DNA of 60,666 nt, filler included, from 8 parts of 8 records of this genome joined end to end with filler, not necessarily neighbours in it; one strand, 5' to 3'. Shown: positions 8,628 through 20,097, counted from the first letter of the whole stretch. Notes: generated by a model not told the origin, from the sequence alone. A program made the numbers and translations.

Positions 8628-11369
8628 TTATTCTTCAGTAGGGTCAACCAAGATCCCCTGTGGCTTTTGTTGTAATAAGCCCTTGGTATGGCTTAAAAAC
8701 TGCTCTAGACTGAGATTTTTCAAAGCTGCCAATAACTGGTCCAAATGCCCTTGGTCTTGACCCGCTCTATACAGTGCACGCCTTGCCCCATCTGCGGACT
8801 TACTATTTAAATATGGCTGTTTGAGCTTTGCTGCTAAATTATCGCAAATAATACGAAACTGTTTTTCATCAAGGTTTTGGAGGTCTTGCCAGAACCACTG
8901 TTCAAAATCGACCACTCGCTGCAGTAGTTCACGAGAGTTTTTGACTGGTGATTGCACATAAAATGACAAATAGGGATGATTATACTTTTGCGATGCACCT
9001 ACAGAAACTGAATAACCCAACTGTTCTTGGGTGCGTAATTGATGAAAAAATGGCGCCTTCATCATCGCCGCCACAAGCTCAACCACAAGTTGATCTTCAA
9101 TGCTCTGTCCCACTGAGAACTGGGCCATTTTTAACGCGGAATCTTGAACCTCCAGCTTAGTAGATGTTAGTCCTTTGCTGCTATCCGCTTGCCAAGTCGG
9201 AATAGTAACAGGCAGATTTTTTTCCATCTTATCCACCAGCGGCTTTAGTGCTTGATTTAGTTGCTTGATTTGTTGCTGATTGAAATTACCGTAATACCAC
9301 GCTGTAACATGCCCTTGAGCAAAGTAACCATTTACAAACTGCTGATAACGACGCTCGTTAAATTGCTGCTCAAATTGAGCATACTGTTTCGGAGAAAATT
9401 TAAGGCCAAGGTATTGATCAAATAATTGAGACGTTTGTGTTCTTAAGCGATCTAATTCCGAGCCACCAACCATTTTATGTTGGACGTTCAATGTTTGGTT
9501 TACATCATTTTTGCTCAATGTCTGACTAAATATAGCCTTTAACATATCGCTAACTAGCAGCGACCAATTAGCCCCTCGTCCAGAAATTTGTAATGCCATG
9601 CCAGTACGAGTTTGCTTGATATCAATATCAAGCAAGGCTTGCTCAGCTTTAGCCTTAATCGTCTCTAATTTTTTCTTAATTCGACGTTCAAACAGATCGT
9701 TATAAGCCTCGAAATAATCATTTTGGTTGTCAGTATCAATATACACAGTAACACTAGCATAACTATCTTCGCGATTATCTTCCGGCGCGTACATTACCGT
9801 AAACTTATCTTCATCAAATAATTTAGTTACCGTAACTTGCGGCATATCTGTGTCGGCATTAGTAGCATAATAAGGCGAGCCAACAGGCAGAGAAAATGCT
9901 CGCTTTTGGTCGCTGCTGGGCACAAAAAAACGGTCAATACGGTATTCAGTGCCATAATAAGGCTCAAGTAGTTCAGTATCGACTTGTTTGTATTCGCTCA
10001 TCACCAATAGATTTTTATGGGTAAAATAATCAAAAAAGGTTTGTAGCGCTTTGGGATTTTGTTGGGTCGCCTTGTATCCGGAATAGAGTACCTTTTCCCT
10101 TCCATTAAAGAGAAGGCTATCAGCCAAATCGCGAATATCGTCTTTGTCTTTATGGCGACTTTTAACATCAAACTGGGCGGCTTTGAGATTTAAAAATTGC
10201 TGATACGCGGGGGAGTTTGCGGCCTGTTGGCGGATCAAATTGATGTAATCAAAGGTAGCAGCAAGGACTTTTTGTTGCTCCTGCCAGCCGTCAGATTTTA
10301 ACCGAATTTCAATATTGAATAAAACATGCTTGTCATCAAGGCTAGAACTGGAGGTATTAACATCAATGCTCCAATCTTGTTCAGTTAAATAATGTTTTAA
10401 GCCTTGTTCGTTATAACTTTCAAACAACCACTTTGCATATGAAGTAGCCAACATGTCGTCATACTTCTCCCCCCTAGGTAAGACAAAATTTAATTGAATG
10501 CGGCGGCGTTCTCTCAAAGATTTTATGGTTAACATCTCACCAATCTGCGCCATATGTAGCGGATCTGGCTCTTGCTCTAAGGCTTTTTCGCACTTGTCTG
10601 GCACCGCTAAAAATATCTCAGTCGCCAGTTTTTCTAAGTCATCTAGACTTAGTGGGGCAGCTAAAACCAAGGCCATACGCGAGGCACAATAGTAATTTTT
10701 ATTAAAATCTAATAAATACTGATGTAAGGTTTTATCCCCTTGGTCACGCAGTGATTCAAGGTTGCCAGTAGCAAATTTACGATAGGAATGTTGTGGATTA
10801 ACCATCAAACGCAAGACTTCCCGCTTGCGACGAAAAGAATCAGTAAATTTCAGTCTAAACTCTGAATCCACCGCATAACGTTCTTTAAAAATCATATCGG
10901 CCGATAAACGAGGAGCGATAAATTGCCACGCAAAGCGATCTAAGGCCCCAGCAAAGTTTTCATCCGCTACCTGAAAAAAATAATTGGTTCGCAAATTTGA
11001 AGTTGACGCATTAGAAGAGCCGCCGCTATCCGCCAAAAACTGTTTATATTCTGCGGCATCTGGATATTTTTTTGACCCCTTAGACAGCATATGTTCATAT
11101 AAATGCGCTAAGCCTGGCACGATTTCTGGGTCTTGATAATAGCCCACTTTAACTGACATCGAGCCATAGGCAGATTCAAATTTATCATCACTAACCAGTA
11201 AAACCTGCATGCCGTTATCTAACACCAAACTGCGGTAATTTGCCGGGTCGCTTTGGCCTTTTTCAGGCTCGATAACATTTTTGGGAGGTGTTGTTTGACT
11301 ATAAACCGTAGCATTGAACAACAGAACAACTAAGGTCAGGATAACGGGAGGTAACTTGGAGAACGGCAT
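8628..11369 (-). CDS. M16A insulinase/pitrilysin-like periplasmic metallopeptidase
   Basis: GLAHLYEHML (HxxEH), FFHQLRTQEQLGYSV, signal peptide. Confidence 0.92.
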   Translation of the reverse strand: MPFSKLPPVILTLVVLLFNATVYSQTTPPKNVIEPEKGQSDPANYRSLVLDNGMQVLLVSDDKFESAYGSMSVKVGYYQDPEIVPGLAHLYEHMLSKGSKKYPDAAEYKQFLADSGGSSNASTSNLRTNYFFQVADENFAGALDRFAWQFIAPRLSADMIFKERYAVDSEFRLKFTDSFRRKREVLRLMVNPQHSYRKFATGNLESLRDQGDKTLHQYLLDFNKNYYCASRMALVLAAPLSLDDLEKLATEIFLAVPDKCEKALEQEPDPLHMAQIGEMLTIKSLRERRRIQLNFVLPRGEKYDDMLATSYAKWLFESYNEQGLKHYLTEQDWSIDVNTSSSSLDDKHVLFNIEIRLKSDGWQEQQKVLAATFDYINLIRQQAANSPAYQQFLNLKAAQFDVKSRHKDKDDIRDLADSLLFNGREKVLYSGYKATQQNPKALQTFFDYFTHKNLLVMSEYKQVDTELLEPYYGTEYRIDRFFVPSSDQKRAFSLPVGSPYYATNADTDMPQVTVTKLFDEDKFTVMYAPEDNREDSYASVTVYIDTDNQNDYFEAYNDLFERRIKKKLETIKAKAEQALLDIDIKQTRTGMALQISGRGANWSLLVSDMLKAIFSQTLSKNDVNQTLNVQHKMVGGSELDRLRTQTSQLFDQYLGLKFSPKQYAQFEQQFNERRYQQFVNGYFAQGHVTAWYYGNFNQQQIKQLNQALKPLVDKMEKNLPVTIPTWQADSSKGLTSTKLEVQDSALKMAQFSVGQSIEDQLVVELVAAMMKAPFFHQLRTQEQLGYSVSVGASQKYNHPYLSFYVQSPVKNSRELLQRVVDFEQWFWQDLQNLDEKQFRIICDNLAAKLKQPYLNSKSADGARRALYRAGQDQGHLDQLLAALKNLSLEQFLSHTKGLLQQKPQGILVDPTEE

Positions 11370-11575
11370 AAACAGGCTCAGTATTATTCTTTGCCGTGGA
11401 GCTTAAGAATAAGTTGGCTTTATACAACTTATGCTATCTCCATTTTGCCTCTATTTTAGGTCTATGCCTTATTAATGGGTGGTTACAGCAAAGTCGCATC
11501 AAGTTTCGATAACAACATTATTTCTAAAAAACTGGATGGTTCTGCTCACTGTCATCCCTCTCGCAACTATTTTTC

Positions 11576-12591
11576 CTAGGCAAACCAATGGCGAGTACGA
11601 TTGACAAACCACACTAAAGACAACATCACTGGCACTTCAACTAACACGCCAACAACCGTGGCAAGGGCGGCCCCAGAGTGTAAACCAAATAAAGAAATGG
11701 CAACGGCAACCGCTAGTTCAAAGAAATTTGAAGTGCCAATCATACAAGCAGGTGCAGCCACGTTATGGGGCAATTTCATGTATTTTGCTAGCCAATACGC
11801 CACGGCAAATATGCCATAAGTCTGAATAAGCAGAGGAATGGCGATCAGTATGATGGCTTGTGGGTTGGCTAGGATAGTGGCGGATTGAAAACCAAATAAC
11901 AGCACCACGGTGGCTAATAAACCAATGACCGACCAAGGTTTCAGCTGGCTCAAAAGTCTATCAAGCCTTGAATGATCATCGCTTTTATCAAGTATTTTAC
12001 GAGTCAGCGCTCCTGCTAATAAAGGAATAAGCACATACAATACAACGGATAGCAACAAGGTATCCCACGGCACAGATATGTCGGTCATTCCCAACAAAAA
12101 ACCAGCAATGGCGCAAAAGCAAAAATCATGATCACATCATTAATTGATACCTGCACCAACGTATAATTTGCATCGCCCTTAGTTAACTGACTCCATACAA
12201 ACACCATTGCAGTGCAAGGTGCCACCCCGAGCAAAATCATACCGGCTATGTATTCCGTGGCGGTATTTGGCTCAACCCAATCCACAAATAGTACTTTAAA
12301 AAACAACCACGCTAATAGGGCCATAGTGAAAGGTTTAATGAACCAGTTAATCACTAAGGTCAGCACTAGGCCTTTAGGTTTTTTACCCACATTTTTAATG
12401 GATGAAAAATCAATTTGCACCATCATCGGATAAATCATCAACCAAATAAGCAAGGCAATAACCAAATTAACCTGAGCATATTCAAGAGCCGCAACTTGTT
12501 CAAAAACATTGGGCAGCAAGTTTCCTAAAACAATACCAAAGATAATGGCAAGCCCTACCCAGAGCGATAAATAACGTTCGAATAATCCCAT
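11576..12591 (-). pseudogene. acr3: Acr3 arsenite efflux transporter split by a 1-nt frameshift near 12110
   Basis: [19 protein letters not shown] and [11 protein letters not shown] motifs lie in two overlapping ORFs; adding 1 nt restores [20 protein letters not shown]. Confidence 0.9.
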
Positions 12592-12610
12592 GATAGCTCT
12601 TATACCCAGC

Positions 12611-13084
12611 TCATGACGTCACCCCAAGGGCTGTCAGTTCATCCCGCAAGGTTTCTCTGTTGAGTTTTCTTTCAGCCAACGCTTTAAGCTTATTGACCCG
12701 TGTGACAATTTCGTCGATACAAGACACAAAAGCCTGCTGTATTTCAGACTCAGAGCCTTCAATCTTTGAAGGATCGCCCAAGCCCCAATGCACTTTGATA
12801 CAGTTACCCAAATAAAGTGGGCAGGCTTCATTTGCGGCCGAATCGCAAACGGTCACCACCACATCAGGTTTAAAATCTTCAAATTCATCCCATGACTGAC
12901 TCACAAGTCCCTCAATTGAATACCCTGCTTGTTGTAGATATTTAAGAGTAAGAGGATGCACCACACCAGCAGGCTGGCTCCCTGCACTTCTTGCCTCTAT
13001 CGCTCCCTCAGAAAGGCGATTGGTGATAGCCTCAGACAAAATACTGCGACATCGATTATGGGTGCAGATATACAATAGCTTCAT
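12611..13084 (-). CDS. arsC: Arsenate reductase, LMW-PTP/thioredoxin-type
   Basis: CTHNRCRS P-loop, TVCD, EACP, HWGLGDP; ATG at 13084 overlaps upstream TGA. Confidence 0.92.
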   Translation of the reverse strand: MKLLYICTHNRCRSILSEAITNRLSEGAIEARSAGSQPAGVVHPLTLKYLQQAGYSIEGLVSQSWDEFEDFKPDVVVTVCDSAANEACPLYLGNCIKVHWGLGDPSKIEGSESEIQQAFVSCIDEIVTRVNKLKALAERKLNRETLRDELTALGVTS

Positions 13085-14094
13085 GGATGTTCCTTGCATA
13101 TATCCTCATCAATTTTTCCGTTTTGTATAGCCGAAATGAATAACTCAGGTTGATCAACACCAATATACACGTTCTTAATAGCGCCTTTTGGCTCAACAAG
13201 TTCAATGACTACGTTTGGCGACCCAGAGTAATTGAAACGTTTTACAAACTTAGCCCGTTTCACAAACTCATTGCATTTGATTATTTTCCTTACATTGGTC
13301 AAAGGTATTACCATGGGTTGATAAAGCCCATACCGAACGATAAGTTTATTACTAAGTAAAGAGATAGGCCTTCGTGAAACGGCTCGATACTCTGCGATAA
13401 AAAATGCCAAACTAAAAAGAGTTAATAACGTTAAGATGTTTGCCGCTAAGGGTGACCAAATAAAATAAAGAATTAAATGCATAAGTGGCATTTCAAACGC
13501 AATCAACAATACAAAACCAAGCAGATTACTTTGAGTTCCGTCCTTTTGGTGGTAGCTAAAGTACTGCTCGCCACTAAAATTATCAGGTTTTATGCGCCCG
13601 GCAAAAAGCGCGTAAGTCCACATTCTCGTTTCAAAACTCAATAATTGGGTAACTGGCCCTTCACCCAAAAATCGTTTGATTGATTTTTCAATGGATAAGT
13701 CTGGATCAGACTGCCGATGCAATGAAGATCTGATGGCAAGGTATACCGTTAAAATTGCTCCAATTTCAAACAGTAACACTACAGCTAGAACAACATATCG
13801 CCCACTCTCCAAGTAATGCCAGACTAACTTGTTTTGTTCAGGAACAATATAACTGCCTATAAGTATTGCCAAACAACAGAGTATTATTGCTTTTAGTCGT
13901 GCATCTTTTTTATTTTTAATACAAAAAAAACATAAAATGGGCAAAACAACTAAGGCATCAAGAAAATAAAGCCATTCAAAATTTGCATTGCCAAAATCAT
14001 TCAGGCCGCTGTTACCTTGGTAGTAAAACGCCCACCAAATCGAAACCGTGATAAGAAACAGAAGTGGGACTTTTGACTTTATAGAAGTACTCAT
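13081..14094 (-). CDS. Hypothetical multi-pass membrane protein
   Basis: 337-aa ORF with several hydrophobic segments, GGAG SD, ATGA-coupled to arsC. Confidence 0.8.
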   Translation of the reverse strand: MSTSIKSKVPLLFLITVSIWWAFYYQGNSGLNDFGNANFEWLYFLDALVVLPILCFFCIKNKKDARLKAIILCCLAILIGSYIVPEQNKLVWHYLESGRYVVLAVVLLFEIGAILTVYLAIRSSLHRQSDPDLSIEKSIKRFLGEGPVTQLLSFETRMWTYALFAGRIKPDNFSGEQYFSYHQKDGTQSNLLGFVLLIAFEMPLMHLILYFIWSPLAANILTLLTLFSLAFFIAEYRAVSRRPISLLSNKLIVRYGLYQPMVIPLTNVRKIIKCNEFVKRAKFVKRFNYSGSPNVVIELVEPKGAIKNVYIGVDQPELFISAIQNGKIDEDICKEHP

Positions 14095-14132
14095 AGATCT
14101 CCCTAAACATTATCGCATATAGAAACGGCGCT

Positions 14133-14154
14133 AATCAGGAGATATCTCCTGATT
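14133..14154. repeat. Perfect 22-bp palindrome AATCAGGAGATATCTCCTGATT
   Basis: Direct reading of the sequence. Confidence 0.85.
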
Positions 14155-14172
14155 CGAGTTTTTTAAATCATC

Positions 14173-14200
14173 TAATACCAATTAGTAGTGATAATGACTC
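14173..14200 (+). mobile_element. End of a dispersed MITE-like repeat (copy 1)
   Basis: TAATACCAATTAGTAGTGATAATGAC is identical to 37980-38005; both at contig breaks. Confidence 0.75.
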
Positions 14201-14300
14201 NNNNNNNNNNNNNNNNNNNNNNNNNNNNNNNNNNNNNNNNNNNNTTAATTAATTAANNNNNNNNNNNNNNNNNNNNNNNNNNNNNNNNNNNNNNNNNNNN

Positions 14301-17300
14301 AGAAAGCAAATGAATTGTACTATTTTTCTTGCCAGGTGGTCTCGCCATGATACTCACCCCCGTTTCAAGCAAATCATCACCGGTCAATTCTAAATAGGCC
14401 GAACCACCACCAAACACCTTTGGAAATAACAGTTTTAAATCACTATTAACTTGATCAAAAGTTTCTTTAAATCGTGAACGAGTTTCTTTATCAATTTTTC
14501 GTATTGCTTGCTCTAAGGTATCCAATGCCGAAACTAAATCATCGTTTTGAGTATCTAAGTGCAATTTTCGTTCAGCTTGAATATCGTATTCTTCTACCGC
14601 GGCCAAGTTAACCGCACCTAAACGACTAACAGATGCAGTCGTTTTTTCTAAATTAATCTGCCAATCATTCTCATTAGCTCCCTCGGGCAAAGCCTCCAAA
14701 AGCGGTTTCAGTGGCTGTTGCATTTCTTGTAATTGTTCTAATACTCCATTTGCCCTAACCCGATAGCCCTCACATTCAAGTTTAATACTTTGCATTTCAG
14801 TTAACATCAATTGAATTTTGTCGGTTACGCCTTGTTGGCCTTTTTCAACCTCGGTAATTTGCCCATTAATGTCTTCGAGTTGCTCAGTGAAATGTTGCTG
14901 TTGAATTTCTAATTCAGCACGTTGTTCAAGCAGTACTTGCAGTTGCACCGTTTGCTCCTCAAGAGGCATAGACAATTCACTAAACTCCTCTTGCAGCTGG
15001 CGCTGTTTTTCCTGCATTTGCGTCAGTTGTTGAGCCTCTCGGCTTTGCATATTTTGCACGCTGGCAAGCTGACTTTGCGCACTTTGTAAATGTAAGGCAA
15101 GTTGATGCTGTTTTGTTTTTAATGAATCGAGTTGATTTCGCGCCTGACTAATTGTTAGCTGACTTTTTTCCCGCTCTTGTTCGACGTTTAATTGTTGTTC
15201 TTGCAGTAGCTCTACCTTTAACTCTAACTCTTCTGCTTGCCCAGACAACTGTGCTAACTGCTCGTGTTCTTCTTCAGCTAAAGCTTGTTGTGTTTCAAGT
15301 TCAAGCTTTAAGCGCTGATTGCGGCTGCTGTTTTGTGAAAGTTGACCTTGCAACAGGATCAGTTGATTGCGCGACTGCTGGCTTAGCTGTTGCAGATCAT
15401 TTTGTTGCTTAAGCCTATCTTTTAACTTTTGGTTTAAGCCTTCAAGCTCATTGTTAGCTGAAAATACCTGTTGCTCGAGTTCCTCGATTGCATCATCGAT
15501 ATGGGTGCTTTGCTGTTCAAGGTCTTTAATTTGGCTAGCCCGTTGCAGCACCCCTGCGGATAATTCAGCACTGCCTGCTATATACCAATCATGCCCCAAC
15601 CAACAACCATCTTGAGTTAATACACTCTCATGTCGAGCAAGTTGCTTAATTAATGTTTGAGCCTGAGATAAAGAATCAGCACAGTATATATTTGTTAACC
15701 AAGCAGGTACGCTAGAATTACGCAATTTACTGGCGATCGAATAGGCAGGTTTATCTTTAGAAAAATGCTCAGAAAAAACTAAGCTAACGCCGCTAATCGA
15801 ATTAATCGCCGCAATGGCTTTGCTAGAATGATTAACCAACACTGAATTTAACCAACTCTGAGTGATAGTCTCAAAAGCTTTTTCCCAACCCTCTTGAACA
15901 TCTAAACTTTGCCACCACAATTGATGGTCTAAATGATTGTCATCTAATACTTGGTTTAGGGCCTCTGATTGATTGTTTTGTTGCTGTAACAAATTTAACG
16001 CCGATAACTGGGCGGTTAAACCTTGAGCCTCACCGCTTAAAATTAAACGCTGATTTTCAAGTTGTTTTACCTCTTGTTGGGCCTTAGTGGATTGTTGTTG
16101 TAATTCAAGCACTTCACTATCCCGTGTTTCGAGAGATATTTGCAAAGCCAATAATTCATCTTCTTTTTTAACAATTTTAATTTCTAATTCACTATCAACT
16201 AATTCATTAAGCTCGTTCTTAATCTCATTGATTCGTTGTTCAGTGCGCATTTGCATACTGAGTAAGGCTTGAATTTTGCTATGACAACCTTGTACCTGCT
16301 GTTTACTTTGTTGAAACTCATGCTCCTGTTGGCGCCACAGGCTTTGTTGCTGATTAGCTTGTTGTTCGCAGTCAAAAAGCGTGTTCTGAGCTTGCTCTAG
16401 TTGCTCTTCTAATAACATCTTTTCGGGTTCAGTTGCTTCTAATTGCTCAGTTAACTCAGCGATTTTTTCATCATTTTGCTGTTGATGAACGGTAAGGTCA
16501 TTAATGGATTCAAGTATGCTGACTTTTTCTTGTTCTATTTTCTGGCGACGCTGTTTAGTATGAATTTGGTTTTGTTCAATACGACTGATGTCGGTGCCCA
16601 CTTTAAAAAATTGTTGCTGAACATCCCCAAGTTGTTGCTTAAGATCTAATTGCTGCTCTTTGAATTCGGTTAGATCTTTTTCTTCACCTCGTTGCTTTGA
16701 GACATACGCTTCAATATCGTTGTTTTTCTTCTCAATGCTTTGTTCTAACGCCAAGATTTTTTTGCTGTGTTTTGACCACCTAATTGCTGCCAATTGAGCT
16801 TTCAAAGTGCGCTCTTGATGTTTTAATTCTTTGTAACGTTTAGCCGCTACCGCCTGACGTTGTAACTTTTCTATTTGCTGCCCGAGTTCACCTCGCACAT
16901 CAGCTAAACGTTCTAAATTCTCTTTGGTATGACGAATACGAGTTTCCGTTTCCCGGCGACGCTCTTTGTATTTTGATACACCTGCCGCCTCTTCGATAAA
17001 GACTCGTAACTCCTGAGGTTTAGATTCGATCAAGCGAGAAATCATGCCTTGCTCAATAATCGCATAACTGCGCGGCCCGAGGCCTGTACCTAAAAATATA
17101 TCGGTAACATCACGACGCCGACATTTACTGTTATTCAGCAAATAATTAGATTGGCCATCTTTAGTGACCACACGCTTAACAGATAATTCGTTATATCCCG
17201 CATACTCTCCCTGAATACGCCCAGATGAATTGTCAAAAACCAGTTCAACACTGCATTGAGAAACCGGTTTACGGGCGGTCGACCCATTGAAAATAACATC

Positions 17301-17486
17301 TGTCATGGCATCGCCACGCAAATTTTTGGCCGAACTCTCCCCCAATACCCATCGAACTGCATCAATAACATTTGACTTGCCGCAACCGTTTGGTCCAACA
17401 ATAGCCGTCATATCATCAGGAAATGGAATTGTGGTAGGATCAACAAAAGATTTGAAACCCGCCAGTTTGATTTTCTTTAGGCGCAT
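14301..17486 (-). CDS. smc: Chromosome segregation protein SMC (C-terminus cut by contig end)
   Basis: MRLKKIKLAGFKSF, GPNGCGKSN Walker A, long coiled coils, PPGKKNSTIHLLS. Confidence 0.97.
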
Positions 17487-17674
17487 ATTGGCATTGAATA
17501 TTCCGCTAATTTTATAATTGTTATTCTAACAAGATGAAATGTATCAAAAGTCATCAAGTGTAACAATTGACGTTNNNNNNNNNNNNNNNNNNNNNNNNNN
17601 NNNNNNNNNNNNNNNNNNTTAATTAATTAANNNNNNNNNNNNNNNNNNNNNNNNNNNNNNNNNNNNNNNNNNNN

Positions 17675-18274
17675 ACTTATTACTCTATGATGTTCAGCAA
17701 TGAACTAACTTATAATAAACTAGTAACGCTAAACACAGGTGAATTTCAACCAGATGAAACCAAGTTGGCAAAAATCAAAACCCTAGCCATACAAGATTTT
17801 AATGACTCTATTAGTATCAAATACGACCGTGATACAGTTACTGGCTCTGGATATGTATATCATATTTTTTATGGCGAAGAATATATTTCAGAACCTTTAA
17901 GTATAAAGTATAGCATAGACGATTTTAAAAATGCTGATTGGATAAAGTGTAGCGGACGCTTTATGTATCCAGACTATGCGACTTATAGTAGGCGAATTTT
18001 TACATTTGGCATTTTATCTAATGGAGATCATATAAGATGGAAAGGTTGTAGAATTGATAACAAGCTAGGTGTAGCTGATAGTAGTTGTAGTCACCTTGGA
18101 GACAAAATTAGACTAGAACATTATGAATATAACAAATGGGGCACAGTACACTTTTACACAAAAGTAGATGAGGACTTACAACACGGTGATGAAATAGTTT
18201 TGTCTTTCTGGAACATTGCCACTGAGCAAATGTATCTTGACGATTTAAAGATCGAATTATACAAAGAATTATAA
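17675..18274 (+). CDS. Hypothetical protein, C-terminal fragment
   Basis: Frame open from contig start; ends with a jelly-roll-like SFWN...YLDDLKIEL. Confidence 0.65.
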   Translation, partial: TYYSMMFSNELTYNKLVTLNTGEFQPDETKLAKIKTLAIQDFNDSISIKYDRDTVTGSGYVYHIFYGEEYISEPLSIKYSIDDFKNADWIKCSGRFMYPDYATYSRRIFTFGILSNGDHIRWKGCRIDNKLGVADSSCSHLGDKIRLEHYEYNKWGTVHFYTKVDEDLQHGDEIVLSFWNIATEQMYLDDLKIELYKEL

Positions 18275-18281
18275 CTACATG

Positions 18282-19739
18282 CTACTGCACAAATCTTGTT
18301 GCAGCTATATAAGGGTCCACAGTTACCTCGAAGCGCCTATTAGTGGCAGGACTTAATGTTTGCAAATTGAACACTTGGTAGAAACCATTACGACCATCGC
18401 ATGGTGAGCTATGGTGTGGAGGAGGACCATTTTTATCTTCGTTTCTACTAAAGACAAATAACAAGTCATTTTTTTCATCTACAGCTATACCATTAGGCTG
18501 GAAAAACTGCTGCCTGATTATCTTAACCACCTCAGCCGTATTGTAATCAATTGTGTACACACTCCCGACATCAAGTACACCTGCAGTATCATTCATGCAA
18601 GACACAAATAAATAATTGTCTTTGCTACTTACTGCCATCTCTTGTGGGTTATGCCCAACAGGTATTGTATATAGCAATTGATTATTAGCTGTACTTAGCA
18701 CTCTTACCTCATCAGTATTGGTACATGTGATAAAATATTTGTCCTTTTGTGGAGACATCACTATTCTATACGGGTCTGGTGTTGAAGCAGATGTTTCTTG
18801 TACAGGTTGCTGTCCATCTACAGAAATAGCAACATATGTACCATCTGCATTTATATTGTAAATAGTATTGCCAAACTGTGATGTAGCATAAAAACCACCA
18901 GCGTTATTAGCTGTAAATCCACCAACAAAACGCATATTCTGTCCGTAATTTTTTTCTATTTGCATTGTAGCCGCATCTATAAGAATAACATCTTGAGAGT
19001 ACCAATTGCAGGCTATTAGTTTTGTACCATTAATATTTAATGCCATGCTTTTTTGAAAAGCACGAGGCATTTGCAATCTGGCAATAACACTATCCTTATC
19101 AGTATCTATTTTTTGTATCAAGCTAGCATTCCAAAAAGATACATAAGCATACCTACCATCTGGTGAAACAATTATATTATTGGGATTTTCTGTGCCATAA
19201 TCTTCGCCGACAGATATGTACCTCATCACTACTTGTTTCTCAGCGTCTATAACTGCTACTAAATCACACCCTTGCTGTACCATGTATATCTTTTGCCTAC
19301 TCGTTGTATTTTCTGCAAAAGGGATGTTACCATTTTTGTCAGCGGCACCGTTGTTAATCCAGTCTTTCAATAGGTTGTATTCATCTCTGCTCAACACATT
19401 ATCATTATAAGGCATTGTAGGTTCAGCCGTAGTTCCCAGTTCTGGGTAAGTATTTACAAAGTATAACAAAGAACTATTATCTGCATTATAGGGAACTACA
19501 ACAGCACCATTATTCCCACCATTAAATAAATGCTCCCAACTATCTAATAGCAAACCACCTGCAGCTGTATAGCTAGCTGCATTATGACATCCTGACGTTG
19601 CACATCTATTAATAAATATCGACTCAATATCAGTTGGGAAATTATTTCCCATTACTACTTGATCAGGTATTACAGAAGGCTCGTGCTTACAACTGGTAGC
19701 ACACAAAATCGAGAATAATATGGCAATACACTTTTTCAA
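18282..19739 (-). CDS. Lipoprotein with N-terminal cytochrome-c-like domain (CX4CH) and YncE/YVTN beta-propeller
   Basis: Lipobox-like CATSC, CATSGCH, TMP..LS..E..LLKDWINNGA, repeated IPVGHNP/VSPDG blades. Confidence 0.75.
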   Translation of the reverse strand: MKKCIAILFSILCATSCKHEPSVIPDQVVMGNNFPTDIESIFINRCATSGCHNAASYTAAGGLLLDSWEHLFNGGNNGAVVVPYNADNSSLLYFVNTYPELGTTAEPTMPYNDNVLSRDEYNLLKDWINNGAADKNGNIPFAENTTSRQKIYMVQQGCDLVAVIDAEKQVVMRYISVGEDYGTENPNNIIVSPDGRYAYVSFWNASLIQKIDTDKDSVIARLQMPRAFQKSMALNINGTKLIACNWYSQDVILIDAATMQIEKNYGQNMRFVGGFTANNAGGFYATSQFGNTIYNINADGTYVAISVDGQQPVQETSASTPDPYRIVMSPQKDKYFITCTNTDEVRVLSTANNQLLYTIPVGHNPQEMAVSSKDNYLFVSCMNDTAGVLDVGSVYTIDYNTAEVVKIIRQQFFQPNGIAVDEKNDLLFVFSRNEDKNGPPPHHSSPCDGRNGFYQVFNLQTLSPATNRRFEVTVDPYIAATRFVQ

Positions 19740-19758
19740 TAAATAAAGTTACGGTAAA

Positions 19759-20097
19759 TCAGCCCTCAAAAGATACTTGTGCATAAGCAGCCTGCCCTGA
19801 CATTGGAGGGTTTAGTTTCCTGATTACAATTTTTATTTTTTCTGCTTGTGGGAAACTGTTTTTTAGTGCATTATAAATATCATTTACAAAATGTTCTAAT
19901 AAATCATGAGGCTGTTCAAAAGCCGTTGACACTTCTTTACGAATAATGGTATAGTCAATAAAACTAACTTGGCTAATGTCTGTAACTGGCACAAAAACAT
20001 CTACGTCTACTTCAAATTGGTTTTGTAGTACATGCTCTTCTGCATATACCCCTCTTGCTGCTTGTATTGCAATACCATGTAATGAAACTGAAAACAT
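19759..20097 (-). CDS. folB: Dihydroneopterin aldolase
   Basis: GVYAEEHVLQNQFEVDV, IDYT, LLEH, IRKLNPP. Confidence 0.85.
   Translation of the reverse strand: MFSVSLHGIAIQAARGVYAEEHVLQNQFEVDVDVFVPVTDISQVSFIDYTIIRKEVSTAFEQPHDLLEHFVNDIYNALKNSFPQAEKIKIVIRKLNPPMSGQAAYAQVSFEG

Noticed and set aside
14301-17486. SMC as a Wadjet/MksBEF defence system
   Set aside because: Canonical housekeeping Smc sequence with no jet/mks partner genes
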